Origin: Opitutia bacterium
Lineage (GTDB): Bacteria > Verrucomicrobiota > Verrucomicrobiia > Opitutales > Seribacteraceae
Length of the DNA: 64,000 nt
NCBI GenBank assembly: GCA_002716045.1
Contig: PAZC01000020.1
Span: 165,220-229,219 of the forward strand
Direction of reading: 5' to 3'
In this document: piece after piece, positions 57,801 through 64,000 of the stretch
Numbering within the stretch: the stretch's first letter is position 1
Layout: every line of letters starts with the position of its first letter
Translations under genes and position numbers: made by a program
Notes under the pieces: generated by a model
Databases searched by the model: none
Told to the model about the DNA's origin: nothing
Seen by the model: the letters and a program-made list of their open reading frames with translations, nothing else

Positions 57801-59264
57801 TCAGGGTTTAACAAGCCAATTGAGCTTGGTTCCTCCATGGATAAAAAGTTTGGATTCGGCGCTGGCAAGCATGAGGGCAACGGTTGCATTGCCAATGGGG
57901 TGGTAACCAAGATAGGCATCGCCGGCGTAGTTTCTCTTGCTACCAAAATAAGCCGCCGTTCCAACCGAGGTTCGGCAAAGCTCCAAATAAGGAATCCATT
58001 TCCTGATGACTTCCTCATGTGCCTTGGGATCAACCGACTTGATGCCGGCCATACCAAAGATCAAGCCAATCGAGGTCATCGAATGGGCATGACGCATGCG
58101 GTTCTGGTGCCGGATCAGCGAGTTCGCAAGTCCCTTGGTCAGCTCGGATTCCTCGTTCGCAACAGACAAAGCAATCGTCATGGCTCCGGTGCGGGCTGGA
58201 ATGTCTGGATAATCTGGAACCCGCGAGGAATACCCCAATCCTCCCGTCTTGGGGCCAACCGATTTGCGAATCTCAATCATCGATCGATTCCATGCCTTGC
58301 GGTTCACCTTGTAGCCACACTTGGCGGCAAGAGCCCAAGCAAGGTGAGCCTGCACGTTGATAATGACCAAGCCGGTTCCTTCGTAAGGCACCATGTAGTA
58401 ATGGCCCATCCTGCCGTTCCCTGAGACCCGACCGGCAAGCAGGTCGCAACATTTCTGGAGATCGGGGAAAAAGGTTTTGTCCCCCGTTGCCAGTTGGTAT
58501 TCGGCCAAAAGGATTGCAGAAGAGGCTGCCTGCCAGCTCTTCGGGCCCACCTTCGGGTTATTCGGCTTAATCTGGGTGATGCTCTTCTTGCGAATAAAGT
58601 CGATCGCCGCCTTGATCGCGGGCAAGTGGTCCTTATTGCTCGACGAAAGAACGGCCAAGGCGCAAAAAGCCGACATATAAACGTCAGCGTCGCCGCCGAC
58701 GCCAGGTCTCCAACTGCCGCTGTCGAGTTGGACGTCTACGAGATGGTCCACGATACCAGAGAAGTATTTCCGGGTCTTGAGGCATTTTTTGGGGAAAGTG
58801 GAGGCGAAGACAGGCGAAGGTGGCACCTTTAATTGAAGGGGCAGATGTTCCTCGCCACGCTTCACTTTAATTAGAAGAAGGTTCGACTGTGAGGAGCAAG
58901 CCGTCTCGAGAGCTTTACCTAGCATTTCTTGGGGTCCCTCGAGCCCACTGTCGGTGGACATGTCAAATGTTTTTGGCGTTTTGCCGCCAATCGAGAGGAT
59001 TCGGTCCCCAACCTGAAGCCCTCCGCTTTCGGCGACGCTCCCCTTGCCGACGTCACGCACAACAATTTCCTTTTCCCCGTCGTGCAACCTTCCCGTGGCG
59101 GAAAGCACGCCCATGGGAAAATCTTGAAAGTCCGGACTTTTACCATCGGTCAGCTTGGGCTGATACGGTTTCTCCCCATGACAAAATTCTTCTAGGCGGA
59201 GAAGATTGCAAACACAGGCCAAAAACAAAAGGCTTGGTAAAAGACGGATGATTACGAGGTTCAT
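57801..59264 (-). CDS. Secreted PDZ domain + alpha/alpha-toroid-like protein
   Basis: Start trimmed to the ATG at 59264 (MNLVIIRLLPSLLFLACV). It has a PDZ-like segment (GLQVGDRILSIGG). The remaining ~380 aa are helical repeats reminiscent of prenyltransferase/terpene-cyclase-like toroids (possibly the PVC DUF6288 family). The toroid call is tentative. Confidence 0.6.
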   Translation of the reverse strand: MNLVIIRLLPSLLFLACVCNLLRLEEFCHGEKPYQPKLTDGKSPDFQDFPMGVLSATGRLHDGEKEIVVRDVGKGSVAESGGLQVGDRILSIGGKTPKTFDMSTDSGLEGPQEMLGKALETACSSQSNLLLIKVKRGEEHLPLQLKVPPSPVFASTFPKKCLKTRKYFSGIVDHLVDVQLDSGSWRPGVGGDADVYMSAFCALAVLSSSNKDHLPAIKAAIDFIRKKSITQIKPNNPKVGPKSWQAASSAILLAEYQLATGDKTFFPDLQKCCDLLAGRVSGNGRMGHYYMVPYEGTGLVIINVQAHLAWALAAKCGYKVNRKAWNRSMIEIRKSVGPKTGGLGYSSRVPDYPDIPARTGAMTIALSVANEESELTKGLANSLIRHQNRMRHAHSMTSIGLIFGMAGIKSVDPKAHEEVIRKWIPYLELCRTSVGTAAYFGSKRNYAGDAYLGYHPIGNATVALMLASAESKLFIHGGTKLNWLVKP

Positions 59265-59283
59265 GGACAAGGCATCATCAGAC

Positions 59284-60609
59284 TCACTTCTTTTTCTCTT
59301 TGCCAGTGTACTTTCCGTCGTCCTTCTGGCTTCGCGGCTCGCGGTAACCTTCGATGATGTAACGCTTGAACTTGGCCGTAATCTCGGGGTGCTCGGCGGA
59401 GACGTCGTTTTTCTCCGCCATGTCCTTGCTAAGGTCGTAAAGGTACATGTGACCACCCTTCCCTATTCCCTTCCATTTTCCTGAACGGGCGGCCCGCACG
59501 CCAAACTGCCAATACATGTACTCGTGCTGCTTTTGCTCTCCCTTGCCAAGCAAGGTGGGCAAGACGGAGATACCGTCAATGTCCTTGGGCACCTCCTTGG
59601 AAACACCGGCGATCTCCGCAAGAGTCGGCATAACGTCTGGAAAATACCAAGGGTGACCGCTGACCGAACCCGGCTTGATCTTGCCCGGCCAACGGACGAC
59701 CATGGGGACGCGGATGCCGCCCTCGTTCAAAGATCTTTTGTGGCCCTGCATGACGCCGCAGGAGTTGTGGATGCCATCGAAGCGCTTGGCGGCCCCGTTG
59801 TCAGAGGTGAAAAACATCAAGGTGTTGTCGTAGATTCCGAGCTTCTTGAGCAAGGCGGTGATCTCGCCGACCTGACGATCCATCATGGTATCCATTGCGG
59901 CCGCCACCTTGGCGTCTTTGCTTTTCCAAGGTTTGTCCTTGTAGATTTGCCAGGCTGGCTCGTCCTCGGGGATTTGGTAGGCGGCGTGCGGCGGTGTCCA
60001 TGGGCAATAAAGAAAAAACGGTTCGTCCTTGTTGTCCTTGATGAACTGGATCGTCTCGTCGTAGATTGCATGGTGGGTGTAGCGCCCGTTGAGCTCGACC
60101 TTCTTGCTGTTGCGGAAGAGGTGGGTGTAATAGGTGTGGGCATGCCACTGGTTGTAATAACCGTAGAATAGATCGAATCCTTGGCGTTCAGCGGCACCGT
60201 CCTTGCCCTGGTTTCCTAAGCCCCACTTGCCGAAACCGCCCGTGGTATAGCCGGCTTTCTTGAGGACCTCGGCAATGGTAACGTCCTCGGGGAAAAGTGG
60301 AACGCCTCCCGAGTTGCCGCGCACAGGGGTGTGCCCCTTGTGGTATCCGGTCATCAAGGTACTGCGGGCGGAAGCGCACACAGTATCGCCTGAGTAACAA
60401 TCGGTGAAGCGCATGCCTTCCTTGGCCATCCTATCGATATTGGGAGTAAGGATGGTTTTGCTGCCGTAACAACCGAGGTCATGGTAGCCCATGTCGTCCA
60501 CCATGATGAATATCAAGTTGGGTAACTTGGGAGCAGCCACTACTTGCATGGCGGAGAGTAGAATCAAACTGAGGAAGGAAAGGATTGGAGGAAGCAAGAC
60601 AGGTTTCAT
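59284..60609 (-). CDS. Sulfatase family protein with atypical C-A-S-A-R active-site motif
   Basis: FIMVDDMGYHD and CASARSTLMTG. The C-A-S-A-R codons TGC GCT TCC GCC CGC were verified at 60364-60378. Confidence 0.85.
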   Translation of the reverse strand: MKPVLLPPILSFLSLILLSAMQVVAAPKLPNLIFIMVDDMGYHDLGCYGSKTILTPNIDRMAKEGMRFTDCYSGDTVCASARSTLMTGYHKGHTPVRGNSGGVPLFPEDVTIAEVLKKAGYTTGGFGKWGLGNQGKDGAAERQGFDLFYGYYNQWHAHTYYTHLFRNSKKVELNGRYTHHAIYDETIQFIKDNKDEPFFLYCPWTPPHAAYQIPEDEPAWQIYKDKPWKSKDAKVAAAMDTMMDRQVGEITALLKKLGIYDNTLMFFTSDNGAAKRFDGIHNSCGVMQGHKRSLNEGGIRVPMVVRWPGKIKPGSVSGHPWYFPDVMPTLAEIAGVSKEVPKDIDGISVLPTLLGKGEQKQHEYMYWQFGVRAARSGKWKGIGKGGHMYLYDLSKDMAEKNDVSAEHPEITAKFKRYIIEGYREPRSQKDDGKYTGKEKKK

Positions 60610-60654
60610 GGGATTGTGAGGGATTTCCTACCGAGAGAGCATGAAGGCGTTGGT

Positions 60655-63600
60655 TTACTTCGATAGAAAGATTTCGCTCTGAACGACCAAGTGGATGAGG
60701 TCGCGCAACCTATCCTCTTTTTTTGAAAGCTCCGCCGTGATGCGATCAATTTCTCCGCGATCGACGGGTTCCAAATGACGCCCGGTCGCGTAGATGAGCA
60801 TTTTTTTTGTGAGGCAGCGAACGATCAAGTGTTTGCGGTTCATCAACATCTTCTTGAATTCCACGATGTCTGCGATCTTCTCGCCGTTTGCCATGGTGGA
60901 CGAGGTGTCGGTGTCGCCCTTGGCTCCCTTGTACCTGTCGCGCCAGCGACCCACGACGTCAAAGTTTTCAAAGGCAAATCCCATGGGGTCGATCTTTACG
61001 TGACAACTGCGGCAAGCTTCGTTTTTCCGATGCAAGGCAAGTTGCTCTCTTATTGTGCTGGCCTCGCGGGTATCGGTAGGCAACGGCTCGACGTCAGGTG
61101 GAGGCGGCGAAGGTGGAGTGCCCAAAATGTTTTCCAATACCCACACGCCTCGTAAAACGGGTGAAGTATCCACTCCATTGGCAGTGGCTGTCATCAAGCC
61201 GGGCTGGGTGAAGATACCGCCTCGGCGAGGATCGTCCAACTTCACCTTGCGCAGACGTTCGCCTCGAATGCCTTCGCGCCGGTAAATCCATTTGGCCAAA
61301 CTCTGGTTCATGTAGGTGTAATCGGAATCGATGAATTGTTCGATGCGGCCATTGGTCTTCAAGATATCACCAAAATAAGCCGTGACCTGCTTGGCTAACA
61401 TGGGCTCGATCTTTACGTTCTTGTAGAATTGCAAATCTCCACCCGAGGGCGGCATGTCACCCAATTTGTCGAGTCGCAACCAAGCCGATGGGAAATGACG
61501 CACGAATGCCTCTGCCTTGACATCGTTGAGCATGCGTTCGACTTGTCGGCTACGCTCCTTTGGATCGTTTAGCTTACCCGAGCGAGCGGCGGCAAAGAGT
61601 TCTTCGTCGGGCATGGAAGACCACAGGAAATAACTGAGGCGGGACGCTATCCCATAGGCATCCAGGCGACCGGGCTTTTCCTGAAGGTAAAGAAATTGTG
61701 GAGAGCACAAGATAGCAGAATAGCCATCCTGCATGGCTCGCACCAGCAAGGGCACTTCGTTAGCTGGCTTTCTATTGTTATTGCTGGGGTTGCGCAGACT
61801 ATCCACCGAAAGTTGGGAATGAGCCATGCCCAGACCTGCCCAGCCAGCACGGAAGCTGTTCGGTTGGCCATAGCCAAAATACTCTACGAGAATATCACGC
61901 TTGCCGGCCTCGAGCTTGACAGAGCCTTTTTTAAGCTGGGCGCCGTGAAGCCCATCGTGCTCAATGACCTTTTTGCCATCAATCGTCAGACGACCCCCAT
62001 CGTCCGAGGCGATCTCAAAAACGTATTCCCCCGATTTCGGCACATCAAGGTAGCCCGTGAAAACCATGCCGAATTGTTCCTTTTGCTTGGACACCCGTAT
62101 ATCGATTAGACCGCTAGGCAGTAAGCCCTCGTCATAGGGCTCCAACTTGGCAAAATCCGGCAACTTCTCCCACAGACCTTTGTAAGCCCGATATTTCAGG
62201 TTCTTAATACCACCTGGCAGCACAACGACTGGCTCAACCTTCTGCTTCAGGACAAGCTGAACGTAGGGCTCGATTAACTCGGGAGTTACAGGTCGCCTAA
62301 AAGCACGCTCGGCGAAGGTGGTCATGAGTTGACGGATTTCCTTCTCCTCACCTCTACCCGAACCGTACAAGGCGGTATGGCTTGGTGGCGGCCATGCGTC
62401 GAGCAAAGGTTCAACCGTTAGGCTGTAAATTCGAAGGTGCGGTCCCTTGTAGCCATCCTTGACCAAAAGCTTGGCCAAGTTGAATTGCCAACGCTCATGC
62501 CCCGTCTTGTCCTCTTTCTTGTCGGGACGGGGGAAATAGTCATCGGCAAGAAACTTCTCCACCATTTTTTCCGCTCGAAAGGCACGATCGTCCGGTCCGT
62601 TCTCCCAACCAATCCAAGGAGCCCATCTCTTGTCCATCCAGACTTCGTGGGTAAAGGTTCTTTTCTTGCCGTCATCTGGAAGCGACCAGATCGCCAGAGG
62701 CGTGGAAGTCGGGCCCGAAATGCCTCCATTGCCCGTGTCCGAAATATTGAGGCATAATTGGAAATCGGTATCCGGGCCGAAATGAATCATCTCGCCGTAG
62801 GGATGCTTTCCGTTGTGGGCTGACGCTTCGAGCGTGATGCGGTAACGAGCGGCAACCCCTACTCCTTGCCGCAAATTGGTGGGAGAAACGCGGCCATAGC
62901 GCTCATAACCCTTTGCCATCATGTCAAAACCCGGGTTGAATTCGCGGGAAACCGCCTCGACAGGATGCTCCCCTTGCCCCTTGCCCTCAATTAAGTGGCC
63001 CGCGAAACGCCTTTTTTCGACCTTGGGCTTCGGCTCAAGACGAGTAGCTTGTCCAAGCACCTCTTCCACTGCCCCAAGCGTTAGCTTCAAGAGAAAGTCA
63101 GACATAACCAACTTGTCGCCCAAATTATAAAATCCTTCCTCCTCTTCGTCCTCAGGAAAGAAACGAAGGGGGTCATTGCCCGTTCGTTCGACGCTGCCAT
63201 TGCCATTGTTGTCTATCAAACGCGAACCTGCCGCGTCTGGGCTATATTCGGCTCCTTTTAAGTAGAGCAAGTCGCGAAAGGTGTTCCGCAATTCATAACG
63301 GTTAAGCCTGCGCAGCACGGTCTGTCCACCTGTGCTCCTTTGTTTCGCATAAGCTATCTTCAGCCGGGCGGTCAAAGCATCCACCACCTTGTCGACTTCA
63401 GCTCTCGGTGGTTGCTCCTTCTTTTTCGGTGGCATCTCGCCGAGATTCAATTGATCCAGCGCTTCCTGCCAAATCTCCAAGGCACGGTTATCGGAAAGGT
63501 CGGTGCCGAGTGTGTCGAAACGGATGTCGTTCTTTTGCGTCTCGGAACCATGGCATTCGTAGCAGTATTGCTTAAGGAAAGGCTTGAGTTCATCGAGCTC

Positions 63601-63678
63601 ATCATCTCCGCAGGCCAAGCAAAACGGCAGAAAAACCGCGACCGCCCACCAAAGAGCGATGGTCAGCAATCGCGTCAT
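60655..63678 (-). CDS. DUF1592/DUF1588/DUF1595-family protein with N-terminal CxxCH and inserted PA14-like domain
   Basis: CYECH at 63550-63564 and a second CRSCH near the C-terminus. The family block is ASRLSYFLWSSMPDEEL. The PA14-like segment is FTGYLDVPKSGEYVFEIASDDGGRLTIDGKKV...GKRDILVEYFG (about nt 61822-62214). The ATG at 63678 overlaps the DUF1552 stop (ATGA). Confidence 0.85.
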   Translation of the reverse strand: MTRLLTIALWWAVAVFLPFCLACGDDELDELKPFLKQYCYECHGSETQKNDIRFDTLGTDLSDNRALEIWQEALDQLNLGEMPPKKKEQPPRAEVDKVVDALTARLKIAYAKQRSTGGQTVLRRLNRYELRNTFRDLLYLKGAEYSPDAAGSRLIDNNGNGSVERTGNDPLRFFPEDEEEEGFYNLGDKLVMSDFLLKLTLGAVEEVLGQATRLEPKPKVEKRRFAGHLIEGKGQGEHPVEAVSREFNPGFDMMAKGYERYGRVSPTNLRQGVGVAARYRITLEASAHNGKHPYGEMIHFGPDTDFQLCLNISDTGNGGISGPTSTPLAIWSLPDDGKKRTFTHEVWMDKRWAPWIGWENGPDDRAFRAEKMVEKFLADDYFPRPDKKEDKTGHERWQFNLAKLLVKDGYKGPHLRIYSLTVEPLLDAWPPPSHTALYGSGRGEEKEIRQLMTTFAERAFRRPVTPELIEPYVQLVLKQKVEPVVVLPGGIKNLKYRAYKGLWEKLPDFAKLEPYDEGLLPSGLIDIRVSKQKEQFGMVFTGYLDVPKSGEYVFEIASDDGGRLTIDGKKVIEHDGLHGAQLKKGSVKLEAGKRDILVEYFGYGQPNSFRAGWAGLGMAHSQLSVDSLRNPSNNNRKPANEVPLLVRAMQDGYSAILCSPQFLYLQEKPGRLDAYGIASRLSYFLWSSMPDEELFAAARSGKLNDPKERSRQVERMLNDVKAEAFVRHFPSAWLRLDKLGDMPPSGGDLQFYKNVKIEPMLAKQVTAYFGDILKTNGRIEQFIDSDYTYMNQSLAKWIYRREGIRGERLRKVKLDDPRRGGIFTQPGLMTATANGVDTSPVLRGVWVLENILGTPPSPPPPDVEPLPTDTREASTIREQLALHRKNEACRSCHVKIDPMGFAFENFDVVGRWRDRYKGAKGDTDTSSTMANGEKIADIVEFKKMLMNRKHLIVRCLTKKMLIYATGRHLEPVDRGEIDRITAELSKKEDRLRDLIHLVVQSEIFLSK

Positions 63679-64000
63679 GCCTTCCACTCGAGGCCCCTGA
63701 GGGTGCCTGTGCTCGGTCCGAAACGGTCAATTTCCAGACCTGAGTTCTGCAAAACCGAAAGTAGCAAGTTGGCCGCCGGAATGCGTTCGCCGTCGGCTTC
63801 CGGATATACCTTGTGCTCACCATGCTTGTAACCGCCACCGGCCAAGACCAAGGGAAGGTTCTTGGTGGAGTGGGTGCCGGTAGCCATTCCGCAACCGTAA
63901 AGGATTGAGGTATGATCAAACAGAGTACCACCATTGATGGGATCTTCCTGCGCCTTGAGCAAATCGATCAAGTGGGACATCATGGAAATCTGGAAGCCTT
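63675..64000 (-). CDS. DUF1552 domain protein, 3' part only (gene continues beyond right edge)
   Basis: The frame is open to nt 64000. The C-terminal sequence PLVLAGGGYKHGEH...PAANLLLSVLQNSGLEIDRFGPSTG matches my memory of DUF1552 C-termini. It has the canonical partner position upstream of a DUF1592-family gene. Confidence 0.75.
   Translation of the reverse strand, partial: GFQISMMSHLIDLLKAQEDPINGGTLFDHTSILYGCGMATGTHSTKNLPLVLAGGGYKHGEHKVYPEADGERIPAANLLLSVLQNSGLEIDRFGPSTGTLRGLEWKA

Noticed and set aside
1-64000. Search by eye for CRISPR arrays, tRNA/rRNA genes, transposases, toxin-antitoxin pairs and known defence-system genes
   Set aside because: Non-coding spacers are all 230 nt or shorter and contain no repeat-spacer periodicity or tRNA-like cloverleaf candidates. 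No translation shows nuclease, helicase, ATPase, reverse-transcriptase or transposase signatures. A computational scan (tRNAscan-SE, Infernal/Rfam, CRISPRCasFinder, DefenseFinder/PADLOC) would be needed to be definitive.

Overview
This is a contiguous, gene-dense chromosomal segment of about 45 CDS with very little non-coding space. I assign it to the PVC superphylum (Planctomycetota or Verrucomicrobiota) because it carries their hallmark families. These are a DUF1549/DUF1553 + DUF1501 pair, a DUF1592-family + DUF1552 pair, and a 'PVC-type' discoidin/beta-propeller/HEAT/CxxCH giant protein. It also has a Rhodopirellula/Verrucomicrobium-type ECF sigma factor with a FecR-LamG anti-sigma, and six formylglycine-type sulfatases. 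Layout: (1) 1-13.3 kb is housekeeping: gltBD, a thrH-like gene, FMN reductase, GNAT and a PurM-family gene, then a deoC / ALDH / half-ALDH / PNP nucleoside-catabolic operon converging on ribokinase. (2) 13.3-19.4 kb is an ECF sigma / anti-sigma / DUF1553 / DUF1501 operon. (3) 19.5-29.1 kb holds an orphan gene, a 2012-aa thioester alpha-2-macroglobulin apparently co-transcribed with a TlpA-like redoxin, and a small secretin-motif protein. (4) 29.2-33.4 kb holds tandem secreted amidohydrolases. (5) 33.4-39.8 kb is a four-gene envelope cluster of unknown function: a tandem-GIDE/LemA fusion, a ~590-aa orphan, a secreted vWA protein and an ExbD-tail protein. This cluster is my best candidate for an undescribed system. 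(6) 40-64 kb holds an MscS channel followed by a sulfated-glycan utilisation island: six sulfatases including an acetylesterase-sulfatase fusion, NanE, an MFS transporter, DUF4399, a PDZ/toroid protein and an HExxH protein. I saw no rRNA, tRNA, CRISPR array, transposase, integrase or recognisable phage-defence gene. All family calls are motif and architecture recognition from the translations, not database searches. ORF-track starts include GTG/TTG and are often too long, so I trimmed several to the ATG that precedes a signal peptide and removes overlap with the neighbouring gene.
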